In this document: in pieces, positions 49,201 to 61,239 of the stretch
How the letters are laid out: the number at the start of each line of letters is the position of its first letter
How positions within the stretch are numbered: the stretch's first letter is position 1
Assembly: GCA_030704615.1 (NCBI GenBank)
Contig: CM060733.1
Span: 69,440,001-69,504,000 of the forward strand
Source of the DNA: Takakia lepidozioides
Taxonomy: Eukaryota > Plantae > Bryophyta
Reading direction: 5' to 3'
DNA length: 64,000 nucleotides
Made by a program: the position numbers and the translations under genes
Notes under the pieces: generated by a model
Databases searched by the model: none
Told to the model about the DNA's origin: nothing
Seen by the model: the letters and a program-made list of their open reading frames with translations, nothing else

Positions 49201-52200
49201 CAGTCTAGTGCCGAGAGCGACAAACATGGCTTAGGACATACAGCCTGTCAGATTTATCCAGCAGGGTCAACTTAGATTCAGATCCTTGAGAATCTCTTCT
49301 ACCCTCTTCTGCCAGGACTTAGCCTGTTTGACAGGACGATCCTGCTTCCAAGATATACAGTTGAATTCATCTCATTGGGAGCTTAAGGGAGGGATGCCAA
49401 ACTCACCATGAACAGCCACAATAGCTCTTTTGGAGCATGCTGACATGCACTCCTTGAGCACCCCCACTTGAATGGATTCTAGAGACTTAGCCTGGTTGGA
49501 GTTATCAACCCACACTGCAGATGCGTACAGGAATGCGGCAAAGCATGGTTCAAATTTAGTGAGACCCGACGCTTTGCGCTTGCCAGATTGAACAACTTTT
49601 TAAATATGTGGCATGTGGCATGTGCTCGCATGTCCACATGCATGTGGATGCATGTGGACACACATCTCTCCACACTGTATCATAAGCCTTTTTGACATCC
49701 AAGAAAAAGGACAAAAATGGGTTTCCCTTCTTTTTTCCTTCCCTGGATAATCTGGCTGAGAGTGAAGATCCACACAGCCCCCTGTGTCTCTGAAAGCCAG
49801 CTTTGCCTTCATGGAAACAACCTCTAGACTCCAGATCAACCTCGAGACGAGTACTTATACCGCTGCAAAATATCTTGCCAACTGCATTGAGTAGCGTGAT
49901 GCCTCGATAGTTCCCCGGCTCATCTCTGTCACCTTTCTTCTGTTCCTTTCAACTGTGTCCTTCCATTCTTTAGAAGACCCCTCACTGTTAGACCTAGAAT
50001 TTCTGCCAAGGATACTGAGTTTCAAAGGTTTTGACAATGTAAACCGTTGAAGTCACCACTGCACCCTTAGTAGTCCTCAGCACTTGTACTTGCTGACGAT
50101 TTTTCGGCTTGTACAAATGTTGAAGGGCCAACCAGAATCTCTTGTCATTACCACCATGGTGATTTGAGTTTATTTCACTTGTCCCAATATCATTTCTTCT
50201 GAGACCTTACAAGCTGATTAATATCTTTGCGGATCTGGTAGTACCTAGCCCACAATTCTTTGTTGACTTTCAAATTGCAGCACTCTGTATAGAGGACTTG
50301 TCTCTCGGCTATCTTGAGTTTGATACGCCAATTAACAGCTCTACCGCAGACAAATAGTCTCCTCCCAATGATCTTGTCAGCCACAGAGGAGACGAAACTC
50401 TCCCACGAATTCACCACTCTTTCGACTTCATTTCTTGCATTGCCAGAGCAAGACTGAAGATCTTGGAGCGAATGGACAAAGTGAGGGAGAGCCTCTTACA
50501 ACGCCTAGACATACTCAGCCTTGACTACTTCATTTTGGAATTTTTCTATGCGCCACTTCCGCGAAGGTTTCACAGATCTCTTGGTGTTGAGGAAACACCT
50601 TTTGATCTCACTCCAAACCAGGAAGTGGTCAGAGGTACCCATATCAGTTCTGTTGATCAACACATTACCCACTGGGGAAACAAATTCTTGTCCACTATGA
50701 TATAATCCACAATGGATCGTTCCCCAGTTTGGGCTTTCTCACGAGTCCACTGCACTAGGTTGCCTTTTGACCTATTATTCAAGGTCAAAAGCTGAAGTTC
50801 TTCCAGACAATTTATTAACCGTCTTCCATTAGATTTCAGCTCGTCCTCACCAAAAGGCCCAATGGTATCATCCTGATGAAGACCTTTACCCACCCGGGCA
50901 TTGAAGTCACCCAGTAAGACCACCTGACCTTTGGTGAGGAACTTAGTACAGTCCAGCTTTGAAGGCTTTGTCTGCGTCAGCACTAAGGGTCCCTCTGTGG
51001 GGATGTAGACACAACCCACAAATAGGTCCTTCCTACTCACGCTGCCCATCGATTTTAGTTTCAGCCAGAAACACCGCGCTTGGCAGAGTCCCCTTAAGTG
51101 CACACATCTTACCAAACCACTTATAACCATTGACATCTCCAACCAGTTTGAAATGAAATGTGAGAGAGAGAGCACCTGAAGAATATGAAGGGCTAGGTCC
51201 CAACCCTCAAACTCCTGTTGTAACCTTGCTTTAGCCTCGGCAGAGTCTTTCGAACGCACCTTTGAGCGACCCTCTGTTGACTCGTCAGTGAGACTGTAGG
51301 CCCAGTAAAGCTTCCCACGAACACCATTGATCACAAACATGGTCCGCCCATTCCCTACAGATGCTATGGTCCCCACCCTTAATGCCTGCAGATACATGGG
51401 TTGAAAGTCAACCTGAAGGAAGACCTTGACAAAAATGTAGGGGATTTCACAGTAAGCCTTTGAACAATGAAAAGTGCAGCCACTAGCCAGGGCTAGAAGA
51501 ACAAAGAGTCTGCTGAGACAAGAAAAAACACTCTATGTGCCCAGAGCTACGGAACATAGACACCGAATGCCTGAACTTCCTATGCTATAGTAATGGTGGT
51601 CTGTTTGATCCAGCTTAACAAAATGGTCCAATAAGGAGGTGGTTCTGGTTAGCAGTAAACAACAGTATCAGGACATCTTAAGAGGGGTGACAAAGTGCTC
51701 AAGGCTATAATTAAGAAGGGAAGGGAGATGCAGGGTTACCTTGTGATGGCACAGATGGTCATCGATCACAGCTCGCCACATCGTGCGTCCGTTGTCACGA
51801 AGTGAGATAGGACCAAAGAGCTTGGAGCGCACCAATGAATGGATGCCATCAGCACCTACTACCAAAGGAGCCTGTCACCAAACGCAACCAGCTCTGTATC
51901 ATATTCCTACTCACCTAGTACACCGCACTTCTACGCTCAGGACATAGCTTCATTTCCAAGTATGCAATAGCAAATAATAGCATGGTCATGAGAAGGTACA
52001 AGCACCAACATGCATCACAAATGGGAATTGTATTTACATTGTTGTGGAAGCAGTATCTGTGGTCCATAGGGAGAAAGATAGCTTACCTTAACTGAAATAG
52101 TTTTGTTGCCCTTCTTAAACTGTACAACTGCCTCTTCCTCATCCTTTGCAGGTACAAAGCAGCACCCATCTTCAGCAAGTAAGTGAGGAGGAGTTCATAA

Positions 52201-54225
52201 CGTGCAATCAACAATCTGCATAAAAATGATCAGATGATTCGATTCCCAGAAGGTAGGCCCCGTAGGAATACAGCAGAAGAGGGGGCTGAGGGGGGGAACG
52301 AGAGAGAGCCTGCTAGTGCGAGACGGAGAGATCTAACCTGAGTTACATCCAAGCACTCATAGCCAGTGTGTTTGCAATGATCAGGTAAGGCTTCAGATAG
52401 GATGCTGAGCGCATTGCGCCAAAGAATGGCAACCATTGGCTGCCCATAGGTCTCCTCCATGTGCTGGCTAAGTTTCCACTCGCCCAATGGCTCTCCATTT
52501 TTCGGATCAACAATCCCCGACAGTGCATCCACAATACCTGCCTCTCTCATCTGCATCAATATAATTCATTTGATTTTCTTTTTTGTAAATTAATGACCAA
52601 TATCATCGCAAATAATGAGGAAACAAACGAAGACACAACTTATGTAGCTTCTTCCGACTGTTTTTTTTCCAATTCAAAGAAGTAGTACCTTATTCACTAG
52701 GTTGGGATCAGCCTTGCTAAGGACTCTACAGCCATTGGGAAACAAGGAGATCAATGTGCCTTCGCCCCCTGATATCCTCTCATGCCTCTCATACACCTGC
52801 CATGCCACATCCCTCCATACAAGAATTTAATGTCAACTTCTTTCGCTGTCTCTTGTTCCTCCCTGCAGATGACAATTCTGCAACTGGCTACAAAGAGATA
52901 CAGTCTGCCAAAGTGTACCAAAGCTGGCGCTCAGGAATATTCCGCAGGGAAACTTCTGTGACTCTGTGCCTGCTGCTTTCTCTGTGTTTCTCTGTCCAAA
53001 TTGGGGGCTAGATCAGCAGTGCTGGGCTCTACATTGTGCTTTCCAGCATGTCTATATGAGCTCATATATCATATACTCATGTAACTGGATTGTAATGGAT
53101 TTTGCACGAGCACTATGGCACTTGCAGGATGATTCTCACAGACCCTGGTGGGCTAAACCCCACAACAGTCCCAGGAGGGATAGTATCCTGTGGAAAATGT
53201 GCCCTTAAGAGTATATGTCAGGCCAATGTTTGCAGGGACATGCAGGGAACAATGACTAGATCTCCCTCCAAGTCACACCTAAGAACTCTCTACATCGATA
53301 ATTGCAAGAGTCTTTCAGAAGGCTCAAAGCCATGTGAAAGCCATACCCATCTCACACTAACACATACACAATCTGCAGAAATTACAAACTGCATTTGCTC
53401 TACCAATCATGAAAATGGAATGATCAACAGTCTCAGCTTCACCTTTAGCATGGCAAATTGGCACAATACACTGCAAAATTTCCAAATTGAGCCGAACTCA
53501 CCCCAAAATCGCCAACCACTTCGTAGATCTAGGCATAATTTTCTCACTATGTGAACCAATGATAGAAAGCTATTCTTACGAATTTTGCAACACTTGAAAC
53601 TTGAAATGTTCCCAAATTTTCGCCAAGCTATAATTGTGGAGCTTGCAATTGGCGCAGCTTAATATTGACTGGGAGAAAATCGAACAATTTCAGGGAAAAA
53701 AAGGCTTCCCCCAAATGAATAACTCTGAGGATATCACACAAAACCACCTGTAATCTTGGAACTTTCAAGGAGAATTACGACCTTGGATACCACCCTCCAG
53801 CACCATAACCAGCTGGATCAAAGTGAGAATGAAAAAAGTTCTCAAATCAGTATGAAATGATGATTCACCAGAAGTCGCTACCAGTTCAATTCAGCTCTAA
53901 CATCGTGGAAGGTGGAACTCCAACCTTGCCACAACAATTCCAAGAGAGATTGCACGAGTTACTTAACGCACAAAGAGTATACCTGAGCATCGATTCCGAC
54001 CTTTCGCAGTTGAATTGCGGCAGAAAGACCGCCCAAGCCTCCTCCAATAATCACAGCCCTGTCTACTACGGCATTGCTCTCTCCCCCTTTTACAGCACTT
54101 ACATCCATAGCTGCTAATGAAGCGAAAGTAAAATTTTGAGAATTTTGCGCGCAAGACGTCCTCGCAAGACTGAGTCGCTTGCAATGCGGGAGTGTTGAGC
54201 AAGTCGGAGGGGCTTGCAGCAGCAT
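31295..54225 (-). CDS. FAD-dependent monooxygenase (FAD_binding_3; zeaxanthin-epoxidase/salicylate-hydroxylase-like), 9 exons, 437 aa, possible N-terminal transit peptide
   Basis: Exons 54225-53983, 52796-52689, 52550-52338, 52143-52087, 51871-51740, 51385-51176, 33435-33345, 32879-32777 and 31451-31295; all GT-AG and phase-compatible, 1314 nt total. Motifs [10 protein letters not shown]...[16 protein letters not shown] and [26 protein letters not shown]. Confidence 0.9.
31850..32080 (+). mobile_element. Ty3/gypsy integrase Zn-binding-region fragment in intron 8
   Basis: [26 protein letters not shown]...FYW. Confidence 0.7.
33808..37078 (-). mobile_element. Non-LTR retrotransposon (LINE; APE endonuclease, RT and C-terminal Zn knuckle), 5'-truncated and decayed
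   Basis: [57 protein letters not shown] and [15 protein letters not shown]; 3' end GGTCAATGGCCACAAGGCTACGGCAAAC-GTCTTATGAGTAC. Confidence 0.9.
37101..37145 (-). mobile_element. ~45-bp LINE 3'-end insertion with imperfect ~13-bp TSD
   Basis: The LINE terminal motif is flanked on both sides by AAGGATAGA(C/G)AGA. Confidence 0.65.
37513..37848. repeat. Tandem duplication of a ~170-bp unit
   Basis: agattac..gagtgccatgctcaggtca...cataaacactaggaaagct occurs twice. Confidence 0.85.
38898..39342 (-). mobile_element. 3' fragment of the same LINE family with an internal deletion
   Basis: Matches 33808-34085 joined directly to 34390-34562. Confidence 0.85.
39470..40110 (+). mobile_element. Sense-strand 3' fragment of the same LINE family, interrupted by a MITE
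   Basis: ttgggcaaatcagag...ccaaggtaagtcatact..gcgtcagcccc, then the MITE, then gacaatggtagtt...ggtcaacggccacaaggctatggcaaac. Confidence 0.8.
39615..40018. mobile_element. MITE (~400 bp, possibly hAT-like)
   Basis: Begins TAGGG; imperfect TIRs GGTGAGCAGGTGAGC ... GCTCACTTGCTCACC; internal CCGAACCTA repeats; AT-rich; splits a LINE 3' UTR. Confidence 0.65.
40085..40335 (+). repeat. Two ~135-bp tandem units (LINE terminal motif, CT microsatellite, GGTATAATT) directly upstream of LINE ORF1
   Basis: ctatggcaaacaa.gtcttat.agtacattctctctct...cctcctggtataattctttct...agctctctctct..cttcgccg occurs twice. Confidence 0.75.
43503..43900 (+). repeat. 5' LTR (398 bp)
   Basis: TGTTAGAAG...TTCCAACA; by eye it differs from the 3' LTR by about two substitutions and two 1-bp indels. 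Confidence 0.95.
43901..43915 (+). promoter_or_regulatory. Primer-binding site complementary to the internal (anticodon-arm) region of tRNAiMet
   Basis: AGTTATGGGCCCACG directly after the LTR; matches the GGTTATGGGCCCA half-tRNA PBS type of Drosophila copia. Confidence 0.75.
43905..47800 (+). pseudogene. copia gag-pol, disrupted
   Basis: [120 protein letters not shown]; frameshifts and deletions in IN and RT. Confidence 0.93.
45915..45995 (-). mobile_element. 81-bp LINE 3'-end (SINE-like) insertion inside the copia integrase region with a perfect 14-bp TSD
   Basis: TSD AGTTTTGGGAAAGA at 45901-45914 and 45996-46009; the insert is the terminal motif of the LINE at 33808. Confidence 0.9.
47810..48207 (+). 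repeat. 3' LTR (398 bp)
   Basis: Near-identical to 43503-43900 and preceded by a PPT. Confidence 0.95.
48953..51135 (-). mobile_element. Another copy of the minus-strand LINE family with several internal deletions
   Basis: Colinear with 34015-37078; [35 protein letters not shown]. Confidence 0.9.
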
Positions 54226-54459
54226 GGCTCACACTGCAGTCACTGGCTATGGCGTTCAACTGCCACAGAGATAGCTGCCCTGGGAAAAACGTTCAAAGGA
54301 AGTTATCGACACCACGTTCCCTTTATTGGCGGTCCCAATATGGATGTGGCTTGATTTTATTGCAAGCGTGTGAGCTGACGGGTACGGCCCGCGAGGTACA
54401 GCCGGGGAACCGCGCTCCGACAGCCTCGTCGGCGAGCTGGACGCCCCATGTCAAATCAT

Positions 54460-56020
54460 CCCCACCCCCCTCCGACCCCTCCGCCCGCTGCCCCGCCCCC
54501 CGCCCGCCCGCTCGCTGCTCCCCGCGCCCCCCTGACCCCCCGCGCCGCCGCCGGGACCAGTGACGCCCGCCCCACTGCTGGCCACGCGGCGCCCCACAGC
54601 ACCGCCTGATCTCCAGCCACGTGGCGGCCCCCCCCCCCTTGGATCCCCTCACTGGGTTGATCCCCTTCCAATGCCGGAGTGATCCCCCACCCCCATCTCC
54701 AGCCACGTGGCGCTCCCCCGAACCGTCGATCCCCTCCCCATCCATCCAACCTCAACTAAATGGATGACGGCCCCATGACGCGTCCATCGCCACGTGGCAC
54801 TTCCCGCCGCCGTCGATCCCATCCACGGCGCGCTCCCCGAGACGTCGCCGCTCCCCCCGGCGCGCCTTGATCCCCCTTCCGGACCGGGGAGTGATCCCCC
54901 AACCCTAATCGCCCGCCACGTGCGGCTCCCCGGACCGTCAATCCCCTGCGCATCCATCCAACCTCACAAACAATGGATGTTGTGTGTCATCCGCCCCTCA
55001 TCCCCCCGCCATCCTCCCGTGCAAGGGATGGACGACGGCCGGATGAAGGGGCGATGACACTAACAGGCCACATGCCGGTCCCCCTTCGTCGATCCCTCTT
55101 CCCATCACGGGCCCAATCCCCCGACACGTCGCCGCCCCTCCCCTCGGTTGATCCCCCGTCCAATGCGGTGACTGATCCCCCTCCACCCATCGGACGGCAC
55201 GTGGCGCTCCCCCGCCGATCCCCTCGTCCCGTCCACGGCGCGATCCCCCGACACGTCGCCGCACCCCCCAACCTGGCTTGATCCCCACTCCGGACCGGGA
55301 GTGATCCCCCACCCCTAATCGCCGCCATGTGTTGCTCCCCGAACCGTCGATCCTGCACATCCATCCAACCTCAAAACAATGGATGTTATGGGTTATCCGC
55401 CCCTCATCCCCTGGCCATCCTCCATGGCCGCCACGTGCCCCCCCCCCCCCCCCCGCCGTCGATCCCCTCATCCCATCGGAGCCGTTCCCCCGCAACTGGG
55501 TTGACCCCCTCCCCTCGTTTGATCCCCCATCCAATGCGGTCACTGATCCCCCTCCAGCCATCGGCCGCCACGTGGTGCTCCCCTGAAGCGTGGATTCCCT
55601 GCACATCCATCCAACCTCAAAACTGGGTCATTCGCGGTCCCCCGGCATTTGATCTCGTCCTCCCATCCACGTGGCCATCCCCCGGGCCGCTCCCCCCCGC
55701 CTCGTTGATCCCCCGTCCAAACCAGGAATTGATCCCCTCTCGTCTTCTACCACCACGTGGTGGTCTCCGTAGCCGTCGATCCCCTCGTCCCATCCAAGAC
55801 CCGATCCCCCGCTCCCCCGCCTCTGGTTGATCCCCCGCCGCCGCCATGCCACATGTCTTCCTACCCTTGACCTCCCCCCCCCCCCCCGCGTGTCAACGGC
55901 AAAACAGGTTATCGTTCCCCCCCATGCCGGTCCCCTCTCCGTTGATCCCCACACCACCTGGAGTGATCCCCCATCCTTCCGCTTCCCCCCCCCCCGGGAG
56001 CGATCCCCCTTCCACGTGTC
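54460..56020. repeat. C-rich subterminal repeats (GATCCCC, GCCACGTGGC, CATCCATCCAACCTCA) in ~300-400-bp diverged units
   Basis: catccatccaacctca at ~54739, 54951, 55357 and 55604; many gatcccc and ccacgtgg copies. Confidence 0.8.
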
Positions 56021-56287
56021 AAATGTCAAGGCTGTTTGCACGTGGCTATCATTTTGTTCATCTATGTCGTCCTCTCCCATCCAACGGCCATGCACGTCCC
56101 CCGCCATTTTGGTCTGTGAGATGAATGGAGTGGATGTATTGAAATTTAGGGTTTCCGGCTGCTCGCAGATTTGATCCTCTTTGCGTGCGTGTATGCTGCA
56201 CTTGCGCGTGTAGTTTGCTGCTGTGTGTTTCTGCAGGATGCATGTGGTCTGCTGCAGTGTACTGTTCCTGCAGGGGTGCCGGGCATC

Positions 56288-59200
56288 ATGACTGGATCTT
56301 CGGAGTTGCACACGTTATTCCTTCTATCACAACTGCGTGGCACGTTGCAAATCCCCCCGGATGGTTCCTTCAACCACAGGTTGTTTATATGGACTCCAAC
56401 TATTTCAAGTGGACGTGGACATCGTGTATATACGGATGTTGCGGTCATTCCTTGGAGCAGGATCGATGATTTTGTGAGAGGGGAGGAAGAAAGGGCAGAG
56501 GCGCCCACTCACTTCAACAGAACGGTGCCTAAAAAGAGAAAGCATGAGGAGGGCGAGCTCTTAGCTCCAAGGGCCAATAGTTGCTATTTTGTGATAAAGT
56601 CCGCCTTTACCTTTGTGGTTTCTGGATGGACTCGATGTGTTCTTTGTAATGGCATGCTGCTTGTTTGCATTGTTTGCTCTTCTATTTTGTCAAAATGCTA
56701 TGCTCTCTTGCTCCAAGTATTCCACTCCGCCGACATAGTTCTCATCATTGTTCAGGTTCCATTGTTCTTATGGACCTGAGGACAAGCGCACAAATGTAGT
56801 ACCTATCAATAAACATTCTTTGAGAAGGAACGGCAGGAGAGGGTGTGTGTTGGATGCTTCATCGCCTTCTTACAACAACCACAAAGGGCCAAGACGGCAG
56901 AAAGTCGTTCAGGGAGAGTCCATCAAGAGGGGTTGCCTCTATCAGTTTAGGATTGGACGATGCTATCTGGATCCTTCTCTTGTTGTCATAACATACTACA
57001 ACGAAAACCATGTTGATGGATGTGACAAGGTCTGCCATGGCCACATTGACCCGACTTCAAGTAACACCCGTTTCGCACACGCACCTCACCTTAGTGAAGA
57101 GGTTAAGATGTGGATAATGGATAGCATACATGCTGGGTGGTCGCTTGCTGAAATCATGGCCCAACATGAACAACAGGTATTTGACAGTAAGGTCAATGGA
57201 GAGAAGTGGTGTCGTGATGATGTTGTGCTTGAGCATGACATTAGAAACATCATGGACAAGCTGGCATGTGAGACTTTCAAGCGACATAAGGACGAAGGGA
57301 CCAGTCTGAAGATGTGGAAGGAGGCCCAGCCCCAGAGTGTTTTCTTCTATCAAGAGGACACGCCTGATGCCCCTGTAGGAGGAACACGGCGCGGCAATGT
57401 CGACCTCAAATTTGCCATTGGCATTCAAACATAATTTCAGAAAAAAAAAATGCTCCAAATGGGTGACAAACGTATCGTCTCTTGTGATGCGACCTTCGGA
57501 ACGAATGAACACAAGGTGTGTGGAATTGACGGTGTGGACTCCTGGGAGCATGAGAGCATAGCATCTTTCACTGTGAAGGGGATCAGTGGGGAGCAGGGGA
57601 TCAGTGGAGATCAGGGGCACAAGGGGAGCCTTATCCGATGTGTAGGGGAGCTTGACACTGGGTCATCATGACCAGTGACCTATTAATCCCCCTATCGGAT
57701 TCGACACCACGGCTGCCTCAGCCCATTAGGGGACTAGACACATAGGCCAAACTCCATTATGTATACTACTCTGTATATGTTGGGACCATGACGAGTGCTT
57801 GTGTGATTCGTAGTGAGGGGTGCGCAGGCAGGAGGGAAAACAGCTTAGCAAATGCATACCTTGGGGGGTTATAGAGAGGAATGATGGAGGGATGGTCTCC
57901 TTCCAAGGGATCATGGCATAGCCCACAGGGGGGATCACAAAATACTAAAATGAGAACAGAAGGGGTTGCAGGGTTCGAGGTTCACCTCCTGTGATTTCTT
58001 GTCATTAATTTCAGTAAAATGTTTCGCCTATTTTCAAAACAAAAGTACTTACATTATACATTTTTGTCTTTGTGTGCAGTATGCCATGTATACTCTTATG
58101 GTCTTCGACATTTGGCTGAACGGCATCCCTGTTGCATACATAATATCTTCAAGAAACAATGCCAACGATTTGTCAAGTTGGATGTTGGCTCTTCGTCAAA
58201 GGCTCTAGGCCGATCAGCCGGATTGGCATCCCAATGCATTCATTGTGGACGATGTCGATGCTGAGATTAACGCCATTCGGTTTGTTCTCAATCCCTCCCC
58301 CCTACCAATGAACTTCCATTGCCTTGTCTGCTTCTGCATGAGGGGAGCACTGAGAGGGGAACAGTCACAATGTTTCCTGCCGGGGGATCCGTGTAGAGGG
58401 GACCAAGAGTGTAGGGTTGCATGGGGGATCAGTGATCAGGGGACCAGGAGAGGGTAGCAGGGGATCAAGAGCAGCAGATCTCACATCCGACAATGATTGA
58501 GGGTCCAGAAGTCCAAGGTTGCATGGGGGGATCAGTGAAAGGGGATCAATTATGGGATCAGTGATCAGGGACTTCGGACACTCAGCGTACCAGGGGATCA
58601 GGACCAGCACATGTTTGATCCGACAATGTGATTTTTATCGGCCTTTCATTTGCCATAGGAGGGCTCATGTATTCCCCTTTCATTGCCTTCACTGGATCTG
58701 CATGAGGGGTTTCAGTCAAAGGGGATCAGGGGATCAGGGGTTCACGAGCAGGGAGCACTTATCGGAGATTCATACTTGTATCTGATTTTGTGGTGGTCCT
58801 GTTGTGGTGTTGTAGTGGCCTTGCTAATGCCGTTTTGTGGATGGTTCAGGCATACGTTCCCAGGGGTGCCGGTTTTCCTGTGCCTTTGGCATGTTCGAAG
58901 GGCCTTGGCTGAGGAATGCCATCGAGAAGATCAAGGATGCCCAGTTAAGGGCCGATGTCTTGCAAGGTACGGGTGACATCATGTACAATAAAGGTGGTCC
59001 CATTGGTGACTCTTCGCAGGACTGGGCTATGTTTAGATTGTATGAGTTACAAACAAAGCATCTCGCAGCTAAACTGTTCTTCTTGTATATCCACATTTGG
59101 TGGATCCCAAAAGTGGACATGTGGGTTGTTGGAGCTCGAAATATCCCACACGCCGGACAAGATACGAATGTTGGAATTGAAGCGTACCATGCAAACCTGA

Positions 59201-60126
59201 AGAGGCGCTTGTCCCAAACAAGACAGAAAATGGACGGGCGTCGACTGGATTGGTTGGTCTACATCCTAACAGGTAGCCTCCTCACACATTACTGGTACAT
59301 TTTGACCTTGAAAGCTGAAGGGTTCATTCGCAACTCTAGGATGGAACATTTCGTGCAAAATGCGGTGTGGATGGCTGGGCAGATACCGGAATCCAACGTG
59401 GACTTGCCCAAGCACACGGGGGATCCTGCAAAGGTAAAAAGCATGTCTTCTCTAGGCACTGTATGCACTATATGCAATCTAGCATCCGAGTGGGCTTATT
59501 GTGACTGCCCTAACGCCATGGAAGGGAACCTATGCAAGCACCAAGTGAAGGTGTTCAAGATGTTGCGGCCACATGTACCAGAGGGTTTAATTGTCCGAAC
59601 TTGTGGAACACGACTTGGACACTAAATGGGGCATGGCCAAGCTGCTCGACCTTGATCCCCTGTCCGCTGCGGAGCCCCCGTGTGACACAGATCCCAGTGT
59701 GGCATTGATCCCCCTGCACCAGACACGGTTCCAGCTGGCATGTCTTGGAGGGAGCAGCAGCCCCGCCATGAATCGCAGGCAACTGTCATGAAGGCCATCG
59801 CAGAGGAGATGCTCGGTTTGGAAGTCTGTGTGAAAGGTAACATAGCCCTTCAGAACCATCTTTTGAGTGACCTTCGTGTCACGAGAGGAAAGCTAGCGCA
59901 AATGGTCACATGCATGGCTGCGGGTCTTCTCCAACCACATCTTGTAAGCAGGTTTGAACGTGTCCAGGATGGATCGGGAATGAGTTTGAAGAGAAGAAAG
60001 GATTGGGTAGAGGTTTCTATGTCACGGAAATCAAGACATCTTGGATCCAAAAGAGTCTCAGCAATCCCTCCATCTTCGTATTTTGCATGCACTTCGTCAA
60101 GTTGGGCGTCCAGATTGAAGGGTTGA
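56288..60126 (+). pseudogene. MULE transposase with SWIM finger (At1g60560/At4g13970-like); 4 exons, premature stops
   Basis: VIPWSRIDDFVRGE, HCSYGPED, KRGCLYQF, SCDATFGTN (D1), FIVDDVDAE (D2), LCLWHV, DTNVGIEAYH (E), RRLDWLV, CDCPNAMEGNLCKH; stops at 57432 and 58206; frameshift near 58905. Confidence 0.88.
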
Positions 60127-61239
60127 GAGCAAGCAGGTTTATGCTCTCGTGCTCCCATTCAGATTGTTGATTTCCCTGAGATTCCATTCTCATCGAGACA
60201 TTTGGTATCAAACAATTTCTCATAATTCAAAATGGCTGAAGCTATGTTCAGTGACACATATGTTCTGTGATTCACAATGGAATGAAGGAGATGTGGATGA
60301 TCATCCACCTTTTTTTGCAATTGAGTCTGTATGCATGCATTTGCAGTGATGTGCAAAACACAAATTACCGCCCACTTTTATGTTTAGCTTTTAAATTAAC
60401 AGTCTTGAATTCCAATACTGAAAAACGGTTGCCACCAGTCTCTAGTGCGTTCCCTGCCACCATTTTTGCATTGCAAGCACACTGCTCCCTCCTCCCATCA
60501 TCCCCCTCTTTTGGTAGTGCTTCAGCCCTCTCCCCTGAAATGGCAGAGGTTCCCTGATCCCCCTCATCCCCCTTCTCATCACAGCTGGCCCCCACACACC
60601 CCTGCTTAGGGGATCACGGGGTCCCGGTCCCCTTCACCGTACACTGCTCCCCCATGTATCACCCAAAGAGTTCGCTCAACAAGGCAGTGCGGCTGTCATC
60701 CGGCGGGGCAATTATTGAAGCCCCCCGCCTGTGTTCAGTAACCCATGATGTTTTTGTGCGATTCACAGTGGTATGAGAGACATTTGTGGTGACTCGGTGG
60801 GAACCATTTGGATTCCCATAGTGTAATAACATATCGGACAACGTATATATGTGGTTTTAAAGCCATTCTGTCTCATAACCATTATACATTCGCTTCCAAC
60901 GTGAAGCCACCAGTTCAAAGTTCTCCATTTGAAAAGGAGGATACCATTGCATTTGCAAGGCAGTGCACCATAAAACCGATGCTTCAGTATCATCGTCCCT
61001 TTCAGAGAGCAGATGACACTGTCTTGGACTAAAGCGAAAGTTTGTGGGCTCTGGGTCATCCTCCGACTCTCGGCTCTCGGGCATTGTTGGGCAAATTTCA
61101 GATTTTGCTTTGGGGTTTATTTTCAGTTTTTGTTGCATGCTTATGCACCACTCGTACATGCAAGGGACGTGACCTTTCATAGTGCAAAACACGGACATGT
61201 CCTTTCACAACTTGCCCCTTCACATGCGACTTTTCACCA

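Noticed and set aside
50657-51397. 246-aa ORF that looks like a monooxygenase-endonuclease fusion
   Set aside because: Exon 6 ends at a good GT donor (51175) and merely reads through in frame into an intronic LINE remnant.
54323-56174. Many Gly/Arg- or Pro-rich ORFs
   Set aside because: Derived from GC-rich subterminal repeats with few stop codons; no domain motifs.
28000-60126. General sequencing error as the cause of all frameshifts
   Set aside because: The nine monooxygenase exons are in frame and the two LTRs are nearly identical, so most lesions are probably real, though individual homopolymer indels remain unverified.
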